A DNA stretch of 64,000 nucleotides, taken from positions 744,001-808,000 of the forward strand of contig LSRY02000027.1 in the NCBI GenBank assembly GCA_001643675.2, in the 5' to 3' direction. The notes beneath the pieces are model-generated. The model searched no databases, was not told the origin of the DNA, and saw only the letters and a program-made list of their open reading frames with translations. Of the stretch, positions 41,301 through 52,842 are shown one piece after another. The stretch comes from Monocercomonoides exilis PA203. Its lineage: Eukaryota > Protista > Preaxostyla. How positions within the stretch are numbered: the first letter of the stretch is position 1; each line of letters begins with the position of its first letter. The position numbers and the translations under genes were made by a program.

Positions 41301-42625
41301 TCTACATGCAAATGTACCTTATTCAATCACTTCTTCTCGCTTGCGTTTCTTTTCCAGTGTCTCACATGCCACATGATTCTCAAGCTTGTTTTCAGAGTTG
41401 GTTTCCTTCTTCCTCTTCTGCATTTATTCAACTTGCTGTTCTTCTCATAATTATTCAATTTTTATTGAAAAACAATCATATTATCACCCAACAGATATCT
41501 CATCGATTGCTTCCGCAGAACCCTCAAATTGCTTTGACACTTCTGAAAATTTCACAGCCAACAAATAAAGTTTTTGCTAATGTTCATCTCCATCAAAGAG
41601 ATTCAGCAAACCAATTATGCAAAGTCTATGGCTTTGATAACGCATCTTCAAAAAAGTTGGCAAGATTATTTGATTACATGTCAACTTCAACTTTTGCAAG
41701 GAAAGACTTGCGTTTCTTTTCTCCTATCTTCGCAACAAACCAACTTTTATCAAACGACACACAGCAAAACACTCAATCAACTCCTTTCAGCCAGAATATT
41801 CTATTTGATGATGCTACTTTTTCGGATTGTTCTATGGCTCGTCAAAATTCACTTGGATTTGTTAAATTGCAGCCTTCGCTCGCTGAACTTGGATTATCTG
41901 GTCTTATTTGGCTAAGTTCGGGTGAAATGGATTGCGTTTTTGGAACGATTAGACAGAAAATACAAGGCAGCACAAATCAGAGCCGCCGAGATAGCATTTT
42001 GAATGGCCTGCTACCTATTGCGTGGTTTAGAGGCGCAATGGAGCTTCTTTGGAAAGAAAAGAAAAAAGATGAGGATTTCATGTTTTTTGAAGATTCTGTG
42101 AAAAATCAAAATGAGAAAAAAACTGAAAATTACTCAGAGTTCAACGAAACGGAAATTGAAAACATTCATTCGCCTTCCAACAGCGCCCTTTCGTGTATGT
42201 TCTTAAAGTTAAATCAAAGTGCTTTCAGGACAGAGCTCAACGTAAATTCGTTAAAGATCCTTTCTGTTCCAAATGTAACAGGATCTGTTTCCATAAGTAT
42301 CTTTCAGTTGCTTTTTCCAACTCTTGCCTGGCAGAGTCGAGAAGAGAAAGTTCGCGCTTTTGGAAAGCAAAAAATGACTCGTATAGCTCAAAGTGGAGTT
42401 GATTGTGGTTGGCCAGCATTGCAGAAATATGCAGAGCAAGAAAGAGAAGAATTACAAAAATTATTTTTGGAAAATCCAACTCCAGTAATTGTTGGAAAAT
42501 ATGCTGAGTCATGGGCAAAAATGCAACAAAAAGGAAGAATTGTAATAATAGACGAAGTTAAGGCAAATATCAGTCATTCTCAGGCATTAGCATGGCTATT
42601 TGAATATCTTTTTCTTCAATTATGA
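32360..42625 (+). CDS. RMC1: RMC1/Mic1 (regulator of MON1-CCZ1, C18orf8) orthologue, ~3,348 aa, inflated by low-complexity insertions
   Basis: Colinear matches to RMC1 blocks recalled from memory: FFYDDDLHVQIF~VFFDEANKQVF; IKLVKLSPDLRFI~VKCIKFSLENKI; VVSTSGIEVYEV...LVESKPLEIKW~FITDQGIEFYQV...LLKSHNLNVNW; LLYGRPYLLFLH~TIYGQLYVLFLR; FSFSVIDNMILI~FALNVVDNLVVV; LLAFLIRRNLGKQFILS~LMDFLLQRKECKMVILS; QQISHRLLPQNPQIALTLL~QFLQYHVLSDSKPLACLLL. Exons 32360-32511, 32560-32644, 32701-36025, 36141-42625 splice in frame. Confidence 0.8.
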
Positions 42626-42673
42626 AAGTATAAACAAAATTAATAGAAGAAAATGTCAAACTTCCAATAATTG

Positions 42674-42680
42674 AAATAAA
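42674..42680 (+). promoter_or_regulatory. Putative polyadenylation signal AAATAAA
   Basis: About 50 nt after the RMC1 stop; the same heptamer lies at 51284-51290 after cathepsin B. The AT-rich context makes this weak. Confidence 0.3.
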
Positions 42681-43116
42681 ATATAGTGTGTGATTTATGA
42701 GTGTATGAACGCAAAAGTTTTCGGATTATTTATCTTTTTAATATATTCAATTAAAAAATAAAATACAAAACAAATCATTTCATAACAATTCAATAATAAT
42801 AAAAACCCTGGTCAAAAACCTTTGTTTGGCGAAGTGTTTTTATCGGAATTATGAACTGTGTGCTTCTTATTTCCTTGAACATATCGGTAATATCCAATCG
42901 CGATAAATATCAACGATATGATCAGAAAATATTTCAATATTGTCAACAATATTTCGAGTAATTTTTTCAATGTTCCTTTAATAATGTTCATGTGCTATCT
43001 CTTTCAGGAAGGCAAGAAAACAGTAATTGGATCTTATAACCCCGCAGTTTATTAAAAATATTTATTAGCTAATGGTTAATAAGATCTATTTTCTTCTTCT
43101 TCAAAAAAGGCCAGAA

Positions 43117-46100
43117 ATGAACCAGATCCTGGCAATTATTTTTCTATTGTTGCACATCTTTCATGCAGCTGATAGTCCTCAAAATGTAAAGCTTACAGAC
43201 GAAAGAGGAAAGCTGCCTGCTGGTGGAAGCCCTCCATCCCCTCGTCAAAATCCTGTGCTTGTTCCGTTGACATTTAAAGATGCTCCTTCAAATACCTTTT
43301 TTTGCTTTTCCGGAATGGATGGTCTTAAAAACTATCAAACAAGCATCCTCATGTTTAATACAAAAACCAAAGACTGGAATCCTGTGGAGGTCAATGGGAT
43401 AACTCATGCACCAGAACGTGTGGACTACGCATATTTTGTCGACGATACGGATTTTGTAATGTGGGGAGGAATTGGGCCAGAAGGCTTTTATGATGATATG
43501 TGGGCATTTAATATGAAAACAAGAGTTTGGTCCGAAATATTCCAAAGCCACACAAGGCCAGCAGCCAGACACGGTGCTCAGTTCGCAAGCACTGAAAGTG
43601 CTTTTTATATTTGTGGAGGAAGAACAAATGATGGAAAGCAAAACGATATTTGGAAGTTTGACAAAGCAACAAAGCAATGGACGAAAATTTGTGATACAAA
43701 CAAAAATGAAGGAAATTCTGCAAATATACCTTACGTCAGGTCTGGAGGCTGTGGATATGTTACTGAATCAGCTTTTTATCTTTTTGGAGGCTACACATCT
43801 GATGGTGGACAGACAATGGATGTATTCAAGCATCCTCTGAGTGATGGCGATTGGTCAAGAATTGGTTTAAGTGTCAATGAAGTTGCGAGGAATTCAAACG
43901 GAAAGCAAAAGCTTGATACTAGCGTAAATGCTGATCAACCAAAACCTCGTACAGAAGCAGGATGTTTTATTAAAGGAAACAAAGTCTATGTGTATGGAGG
44001 GTACATGAAAGACAAGCACAGATCGAGTGAGCTCATGGATGACGTATTGGAATTTGACTTCTCAAATGAGAACTCTATCCGTGTGAAAAGATTTGAGATG
44101 GACGCTATCGGGTATCAGCGAAGAAAATGTGGGTTTATTGTTGTTGACGAAGAAGTGAAGTTTGAAGATGGCACAAAAGAAACCGTTCCAAAGGGTTATG
44201 CATTTGGAGGGCAAAGAAATGGTATCATTTTGGGAGATTTAGTTTCCGTTGCAATGAAAGGAGCAGGCTCTTCTTCGTTATCATCTGCATTATCGTCTTC
44301 TTCTTCTCTTTCTTCTTCTTCTTCAGTTGTGTCAAATGCCAAAGGCCTTTTCAAAGTTGAAACTCCCGCCATTCCCGGAATACCTTCGCCGCGTGCGTTG
44401 CACGGTGGACTTGCTGCACTGGGAAAGATGTGGATATACGGAGGGATGGGAGAAGGAAACTCAATTCTCAACGACTTGCACGCCTACGACTTTGTGACAG
44501 GCGAGTGGGAAACCATCCACATGGATGGAGGAAGCAGCGGGGAGGATAAAGAGGAAGTGGTCGAGTTGGAAATTGATGAGGAGTACGAGCAGTGGGACAA
44601 GATGTTCCGGCCTAAAGACGGAACAACTGAATTATCTGACGATTTTGTAGAGGACAATGAGGAGTTGGACGGAGCGGCTGATCAAAGCACACAAAGCGAC
44701 GAGCAAAGCGGGCCACCCAGATACGATTTCACGTTTGTGGAGTATTCATCGCGTCTGTTTCTGTTCGGAGGGATGGGTGTGGACAGAGAGACGGCAGTTA
44801 TATCTCCGCAGAACGACTTGTGGCAGTACTCGATCTTGGACAAGAAGTGGAAGAAGATCAACCCCATGAACGAGGTTATGCCACCAGCACTGTCTGGCGC
44901 TACGGGCATCATCCTGCACAGGCAGCTGTTTGTTTTCGGGGGCAAAACGATCGATTTGCAGGTTTCAAAGGACATTTGGGTGTTTTCGCTTGTGACTAAC
45001 ACCTGGAGACAAGCCAAGATGAAGTACATTGAAGGACTTTGGGAGCATCCTGATAAAGTTCTAAAGTTTGTGGACAAAGCGACTGGTCTGGCGAATGTCA
45101 CTGCAATATTAGAAGATGATGTTAAAAATCCAACAACTGATGGTTTGCGTTTTCTATGAAATAATGTTATATATATATAATTTTTTTTTTATATATTCTT
45201 ATCATAATTGTTAATATATTATGAATCCGCCAATTATTTTATCTTACAGAGCACTCACTCCAACCTCGAGAGTTAGTTGCTGTTTGGGACGGTGAGATAT
45301 CTTTGGAAGGAATCGAATACAATCCATTGATTGTCGGAGGAGGTGTGACTGAAACGCGCGAATCTTCTCATCGGTTGGATTATATTCTTGTCCCCACAAT
45401 TGAAAACACACCGAACACTGTGAAAGATCCTCTCTATCTGTTTTTCTCTGAGCCTCTTCCTGAAAAGCCTATCCCCAATGATCCTGATAAGACTCCACAG
45501 TATGATAACCTTCCAATTTATTATCGCTCATACACAGCAAAAGTCGACAAGGGATTTATTTCGTTTTCTGGCCTGGATGTGGACAATGCGAAAAACCGGC
45601 TGAACTTTTGGGATATTTCAGATCTGAGCTATCCGCTCTTCACGTATCACGAAGAGAAGAAAGTATTTCCCATTATGAGCGGTGGGGTTGGGGTGTACTT
45701 TATGAACACGCTTTTCTGCTTTGGAGGAAACATCATCGGAAATAAGCTGCCGTCAGACAACCAGTTCCACAACCAGCTGTTCACTTTCCATTTGCTGCCT
45801 GAGAAATTCGGGTGTTCTCCTGGGGCTCATATTGAAGGTGGGCAGAGTTCTTATTATGAAAACGGTAACGGGTATGATTTGTTCTTTATTCAAAAGTAAT
45901 TTGCATAATTGTAATAACTTTCTTTATTCTCTCTCTTTCATGTATTTTAAAATGTATTTATTGCTTGAAAAAATTCATGAACTGATTCTTTTTAGCTTAA
46001 CACCCCGCCATGCCTCCAATGCTCAGTGTGTTCCCTGTCCCTTTGGCTCCTTCAACAAGAAATTCAACAACAAGAAGGACTGCACCAGATGCTATGCAGG

Positions 46101-47852
46101 CTCATTCAACATGTTCAGAGGAGGCAGCACAGGTTATCACTGCCTTTCTTGTGCAGCTGGCACTTACAGCGACGAAGATGGCTCGCAGACGTGCAAGCCA
46201 TGTGCGAAGGATGCGTACTGCCCCGTGGGATCAAAGATGCCGAATGCCACACCCGCCACTATCTCTTCAGCGTTCAATAAACAGCCGCCTATGTATGAAA
46301 CAAAGGACAAGCTGGAGACACTTGTGATGGTTATTTGCTATGCGGTGTCGTTTATTGTGGGGCTGACAGTGGCTATTGTGTGCTTGTGCCTTCCCTCGCG
46401 TTCGAAGCTGTATGCTTTGGATTTGTTCTCAGACAGACATTCAAACAAGATGGATCCTGTTACGAACACAGCGCCTAAGGTGCTGAAAAAAAGCAGGATT
46501 GGCGGGTTTGTGACGATCATCTATCTCTTCTTTGCGATTGGGGCGGCGGTTGCAGTTGTGTTTGAGTTCTTCTTCAACAACGTGAATGAGACGAAGTCTG
46601 TGATTGCAGCAGCGATGGAGCCTGATTTGGACTTGGAGCAGATATCTGTGGGCCATCTGGACATGCACATCCAGCTGGAGGACTACTGCGGGTCGTGTGT
46701 TGAAGGAGTGAATGATATCACACAGACCACTGGCTGGTCTCAATGTCAGAGAGCATTCCACATCATCAGAGACAATCTCGAGGCTAAAAGTGTGAAATTC
46801 ATGTTGATTTGGGGGGGGGGGGGGGGGGGTGATTTTTATTTTTTTAAAAAATAAAAGTGAAAGTGATAATTTTTTTTACAAATTTATGATGTATTTCGAA
46901 ATATTTTAATTTTAATTCAAATTCATAAATATTTATTCCTTTTCTTTCATTTACTCACGATCTTTTCTATAAATATTGTTTTTTTTCCACAGATGAGCCT
47001 TCAAAGAAACTGAATCTCGAGTGCCGTCAAACACCTGCTACAAACTCGTATGTGAACCCTGTGGCAAACTGCGATGTTCATATTCATGGCGAAAATGTGT
47101 TGATGAAGTTTTTGCGCGACGGAACGCATCCGAAGATTGGAATCGAGTCTGATGAGGAAGTGGCGCATGCATACAGCATCAAGGCGACTGTGTCTGTGGA
47201 CACTGGGATTCAGCACAAGAAGGTGGAGGACCGCATGTCAACCAGAGTGTTGCTGGCATCGTCGCTTGACAACCGCCCATTCAAGGGAGTGAATGCAACT
47301 GTGTTCAATTACACGATGATGCCTTCTCTGTTCATCAATCCGGATGACAAGCATTTCCCTGGCTATCAGATTGTGTCCTCTGCCATTCAGCTGGGCACCC
47401 AGGCCGCTCCGGATGAGATGCACACGCAGTATGGCCTGCGTGTGCACATTGTGTTCAACCAGGATCTGGATGTGCTGAGGACGATGTGGGTGTCTCGAAT
47501 GAAGTTTGGCTCGTTCTTGGCGAATGTGATGTCGACGATGACTGGCTTTATGGGCATATTCGGTACGATTGTGATGGTGATGGAGATTATCGGGACGACG
47601 AAGCTGCCTATTGCGAACAAGTACAAAGAAGCGATCTTTGGGAAGTTTATTAACGAAGACGGGAGAGTCACTTCCAGAAAGGGGACAGATGCTTTTGATA
47701 AGCTTGAAATAACAGAGCCGAATTCGCATGAAATGCGCAGTGTTGCAAGCTCACTTCATGGGCCATCTGAAGATTTGATTGAAGGTGGTTCTTCATCTTC
47801 TGCATCCACCTCAGAGAATCGGAAAGGCTATACTCCTGCTAAAATTGAGTAA
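43117..47852 (+). CDS. Kelch-repeat / Cys-rich-repeat multi-pass membrane protein, paralogue 2 (~1,433 aa)
   Basis: Signal peptide MNQILAIIFLLLHIFHA; colinear with paralogue 1 over its full length. Exons 43117-45142, 45250-45871, 45996-46789, 46993-47852 (donors GTTTGC, GTATGA, GTGTGA) splice in frame; the last intron has the same position and phase as the single intron of paralogue 1. Confidence 0.87.
46811..46829 (+). repeat. G19 homopolymer in intron 3 of kelch paralogue 2
   Basis: Seen directly; a G14 run also occurs at 51680-51693. Confidence 0.9.
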
Positions 47853-48413
47853 TCTTTACTATCTGTAATTATTTGTCATAGATTTATTTTCAAAAAAAAA
47901 AAGTGTTTTTCTTTTTTTTAAATGTTAAAAGAATTTTAATTTTCATTTGGAAAAATAATCTCACAAAATTGTTTTCCTCTTCATTTCTATTTTTTTATTT
48001 ATTTATTTCTATTTTTTTTTATTTTTTTCATGTAACTTTTGTTGTGTTTCTAAAGTTATTTGTCTCATTACACGGTTGCTGATTATTACAATTTGTATGT
48101 TGTTGAAGAGGGGAACCCAATCTTTTCCCAAGTATTTCCCTGTAATATGAAAGCAGGACAGCTTTTTTTTTATCATTTCTTTTTTTATTTATTTATTTTT
48201 TTATATACAGGAATTTTATTCAATTCACCAATGAGAATTGACGAAAGAAGAGTTAAATAAAAAAAGAAAATGAAGTGTTTGAACAGCAAATATTATAAGT
48301 TGAAAGAAAACGGGGGGAAAAAGGTTTCAATTTTAATAAAATTTTTGATTATCTTCAGCATGTTGATCAATTTCTGAGCGATTGAAATAAGGAATAAGCT
48401 TTCAAGAACTGTC

Positions 48414-50018
48414 TCACGGCAACGCAATATCCATCGTCTGCTTTGCGTCTTCAGTTGATATTTCTTTTTCCCCTTCTTCCTTTCTCGCTTCTTCCTTTCT
48501 CGTTTCTTCCTTTCTCGTTTCTTCTGGAGCTTTTTCATTACTGCATTCACTGCTTTTTTCATTTTCAGGCAACTTGATGTTCCCAGCCTCATTCAATGAA
48601 TTGTCATCCTTTCTAGTTGATTCCTGTTCTTTTTGTTCTTCTGGAAGCTCAGCAATATTCTTATTCAGCGAATCATGCAACCGGGCCAAGCACGCAAGAA
48701 CATACTTTTGGAGATGCCTCTGAACAACCGGGTGCATCTTTCCTATGTCAAACTCGATGGCGCCATCAGAGCTCAGGTTCGCAGAGCAGCTTGACACAAC
48801 ATCCAAAAACTGAGCAATAGCTGCAAGAAAGTGCTCTGGAAATTGTGAAATGGCTTGCAGCATCTGCTCCATCTCGTCAACAGTTAGAGGAATGTCGTCG
48901 CCTTCAAACCTTTCGGCTAACACAGATAAGTTTGGTTGTTTGCTTTCGGAATTCGCGCGTTTTTTCACGTTTCTTTCTTTTGCATCTTTTCCTTCTTTCT
49001 TTTGCTTTTCAGAACTTCCTCCTTCGGATTTTCGGTTGGATTTCTTCTTTGCATCGTGATGTAACAAATCGGATACAACTTTTGTTGTAATTTTCTTTTT
49101 CTTTGAAGTCAGTTTTTGGGTACTATTCGATTCAGTACTTTGTTCATTCATTTTGGAAGAATCATTTTCTCTATTCGATTTCTTTTGATTGTACTCGTCT
49201 GTTTCCTCTTTGATCATTCTAGATTCTGCTTCAATTTCATGCTTCAGGTCTCTTTCTTTTTTTAAATGTTTGTCCTTTTCAATATCTTTTGATAAGCCAG
49301 TACTGTGTTGTCTATGTGCAGCACTCAGCATTTTTTTGCCTTTTGATGAATCCATCAAACTTCGAAAATTCACGACTGCTTTTTTAGCTGTTCCAAATTC
49401 CTTTGAATCAAAATATTTATTTGGATTTGGCTCACTTGTAATTATTAAATCATCTTCATCAAACAATTTACTTTTCGTGCAATCCGTAATAAATTTATTT
49501 TGAAGGGTTAAAGCATCTGTAACAACAGGATCCTTTGGAAAATTAAAATGATAGCAGTTATCCCATATTAGCGTAATATCTTTTAGGCAAAGTTTTGGTG
49601 TTGTATTGTAAAAGCCATCATCAAGTGATTTTTTTACTGTTCCCAAATCCATTGGTTTTTCAATAACATTGAAGTATTCCGGAATGTTGAGTTTTACGGG
49701 ATCCACTGGTTCGTTAAACCAATGAGCTTCCTTTTTGTTCAATAAATCGTTTACTTCCTGAAGAAAAAATCTGAAAAGTAAAAAATAATTGTTCCATTTT
49801 TCTAAATTCAAAAAAGACAATGTTAAACTTGATGATTCTATCAGTTTGAGGAGATGAGCTCTTTTAAGCAAATTTATTTCGAAGATGAATATTTTTAGCA
49901 ATTAAATAACAGATATTATTGATAAACAAAATTATTTGGCAATGAAGGAAGTTTAAAAACTTTAATTAAATCAAAGAAATGAAATATTAGTGGAGCTGCA
50001 TACACAACCGTCTGACAT
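48414..50018 (-). CDS. Single-bromodomain + extra-terminal (ET) domain protein (BET/GTE-like)
   Basis: Bromodomain: WFNEPVDPVKLNIPEYFNVIEKPMDLGTVK...IWDNCYHFN (acetyl-Lys Asn present). ET: PLTVDEMEQMLQAISQF...IEFDIGKMHPVVQRHLQKYV. Intron 49828-49771 gives DRIIKFFLQEVNDLL. First exon (ATG 50018, intron 50003-49861) is tentative. Confidence 0.85.
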
Positions 50019-50290
50019 TAAAAAATTAATCTGGCTTTTATATCGTATGGCAATGATTTTTTCTCTTTTTTAAAAAGAACAAAAAAATAATTATGTTTTA
50101 ATTTTTCCACAAATGCGAAATAATGATGATTCTTGTTTGTATTGTTTGTAATTATTTTTGTTCAAATTTATCACAGCAAACAACTGATTTATCCCAGAAG
50201 TGAATTTTTCCATGTTTCAAAAACCAATAACATTCGTATACTGTTATGTATAAATGCGAATTAGATGCATAAGTTTTAATCATAATTAAC

Positions 50291-51166
50291 ATGAATATCC
50301 TAACTGTTTTACTAATTTCTTCGCTTCTTGCAAAGAAGCATATTGTTGAATATGTTAATAACAATCCTTTGTCAACTTGGACGGCTGAAGAGAATAAATT
50401 TTCAATGCTTTCAACGCAGCAACTTAGGAGCATGTTTAATCAAGAAATCGTTAAGGACTTGAAAAAAGATCTTCATTCACATGTTGAAGAAGATCCAAAT
50501 TCGCCTGAGTCGTTTGACGCTCGCGAAGAATGGCCAAATGCAATTCACCCAATCAGAGATCAGAAAAAATGTGGATCGTGTTGGGCATTTGCAGGAACTG
50601 AAGTTCTATCGGATCGTTTTGCTGTAATGGATCATCCTGTGGGGGTTCTATCTCCTCAAGATCTTGTTTCTTGTGACATGTTGGATCATGGATGCAATGG
50701 AGGAAGTCCTTTACTTGAATGGACATGGATGGCCCTTAGAGGTGTGACAACAGACGAATGCATTCCATATGTATCTGGAAATGGAACAGTTCCACGCTGT
50801 CCAAGAAAGTGCTCGGATGGTTCTGTGATTGTTCGTCATAAAGCCAAAACATTTTCATTTTTGCCTAGTCTCTTTATTCAATCTGACTTGATGCGCCATG
50901 GGCCACAAGAATTTTGCTTCATGGTATACGAGGACTTTATGAGTTACAAGAAAGGTGTTTATCAACATCAGACAGGAGAACTTCTTGGAGGACACGCAGT
51001 GAAATCTGTTGGATGGGGAGTTGAAGGAGGAGTAAAATATTGGCTTTTAGCAAATTCTTGGGGCTCAGACTGGGGAGAGAAAGGATTTTTCAAAATTCTT
51101 AGAGGGAAAAATGAATGCAGCATTGAATCAATGGTATATGCTGGAGTGCCAAAGGTTGACGAATAG
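50291..51166 (+). CDS. Cathepsin B-like cysteine protease (papain family C1A), 291 aa, intronless
   Basis: Signal peptide, short prodomain (IVEYVNNNPLSTWTA), PESFDAREEWP, QKKCGSCWAF (catalytic Cys), GCNGG, GGHAV (His), NSWG (Asn). Confidence 0.96.
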   Translation: MNILTVLLISSLLAKKHIVEYVNNNPLSTWTAEENKFSMLSTQQLRSMFNQEIVKDLKKDLHSHVEEDPNSPESFDAREEWPNAIHPIRDQKKCGSCWAFAGTEVLSDRFAVMDHPVGVLSPQDLVSCDMLDHGCNGGSPLLEWTWMALRGVTTDECIPYVSGNGTVPRCPRKCSDGSVIVRHKAKTFSFLPSLFIQSDLMRHGPQEFCFMVYEDFMSYKKGVYQHQTGELLGGHAVKSVGWGVEGGVKYWLLANSWGSDWGEKGFFKILRGKNECSIESMVYAGVPKVDE

Positions 51167-51190
51167 CGTCATTTCGCAAAGTTATTTGTT

Positions 51191-51270
51191 TTCTTCTTCT
51201 TCTTCTTCTTCTTCTTCTTCTTCTTCTTCTTCTTCTTCTTCTTCTTCTTCTTCTTCTTCTTCTTCTTCTT
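51191..51270. repeat. (TTC)n microsatellite in the cathepsin B 3' region
   Basis: Perfect ~80-nt run starting ~25 nt after the stop. Confidence 0.95.
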
Positions 51271-52221
51271 TCAAAAGAAATTTAAATAAAAGATATTTTT
51301 GAAATTCATTCATGACCATTGATCTTTACTTCCAAACTTTATCAAACAATACATTTTTCATTTCATTTATTGTTTTGAATGAAAAGAATATTTTGATAAT
51401 CACGATAACAATTTTTTTCAAAGAGTTTGCAATTGTTTATGGAACGATGGATGTTTAAAAATGAATTGATGAATTTTACCAACATCGAAAGAAAGAGAAA
51501 TATCATTATTTTTTTTTCTTTCCAATTATGGTCAGCGTTCTTGAAATAGGTATTTCTTAAAAATGAATGAGAAATGTTAAAAGCAACTAACACAAAAGCA
51601 ACACTATTTATCGTATTACAACGCTCAAATTCTTTGTGTTTTTTTTTTTTTTTTTTTTTTTTTTTGAAGTGTGTGGAGTGGGGGGGGGGGGGGAGGAAGA
51701 TTTGAGGTGTGTGTGTGTTTTTATACCAGGTCAACCGTTAAATAGAAAAAATATTTCATCACATGTTCATGGTCTTCGAATTGTTTGCCAAAGCAACATC
51801 TTGCTCAAATTGAAAACAGTCATCAATTCAAACACCATTAATGAAAACTATCGTTTGATTTATTATTATTATTTCTTACTAATGCTTTAAATGAAAAAAC
51901 AGTAAGAATAAATATCAATCAAAATTATGTATACACATATTGTTTGTGTGTTCATATTTATTTGTAAAGTTCATTTTGTGAAATTTTTATGAGAAAATGA
52001 AAATAAAATGATACCATCAAATTGATATTCTGACTCACAAAACAAAATAAGAATGCATATAACAACATTGGAAAACGTTTATTGTTAAACTGGTTATATA
52101 CTGTAAGTTAAAATAATAATTAAATGAAAACATTTTATTTTCATAATTATCTGAAATTTGAACAAAAGGAACTTTTCAAAAAAATAAAGACTTGTTAATT
52201 ATTGTGTGCGCAGTCAGGGAT

Positions 52222-52333
52222 TGTGGACTGTGACATAATCTCAATTACAGATGATTTTTGTCATTGAGGGCATAATTTGGTTAATTCTCGAAATGAAACA
52301 ATAAACAGTGGTTGAGAAATGCCACTGTCCACA
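52222..52333. repeat. Small imperfect inverted repeat (~30-bp arms)
   Basis: TGTGGACTGTGACATAATCTCAA ... TTGAGAAATGCCACTGTCCACA. Confidence 0.6.
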
Positions 52334-52781
52334 GTTATTGAAAGTGTCCATTATTATTAACACTAACTGTAATAAGTTTAATTACTCATATTATTTTTTC
52401 ATGAATTATTATTATTATGGAGTGTAGCAGTTGTCATCTCAACTTCAAATTCAATGAGAACAAGTGAACATATCTTCACTAATTGCGCAACTTTTCAATG
52501 AATCCATTTTTTTTATTCATAAATAATTCAATCAGTTTTTCCATTTATAAAAATACAATAAATCACGTTGTAATATATCCATTTTCCTTATATTTTATTA
52601 TTATTATTGTTATTATTAATTTTGAAAATATGATTAAAAGAGACAAAAAATAATTATTGCTGATCAGACAAAAATAACTTAGAAACATATCAACTTATGT
52701 GATCTTTTTTGAAATTATCATTAAGTTAGAGTTTTGACCTAAACTTTTTCTTAATAAGAATCGTCCAAATGAAAATGAACA

Positions 52782-52794
52782 AAATCAACATCCC

Positions 52795-52842
<48 letters not shown>

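Noticed and set aside
48465-48525. 15-nt tandem repeat (EETRK EETRK EEARK EEGEK) in the bromodomain gene tail
   Set aside because: Ordinary slippage repeat in a charged disordered C-terminus.
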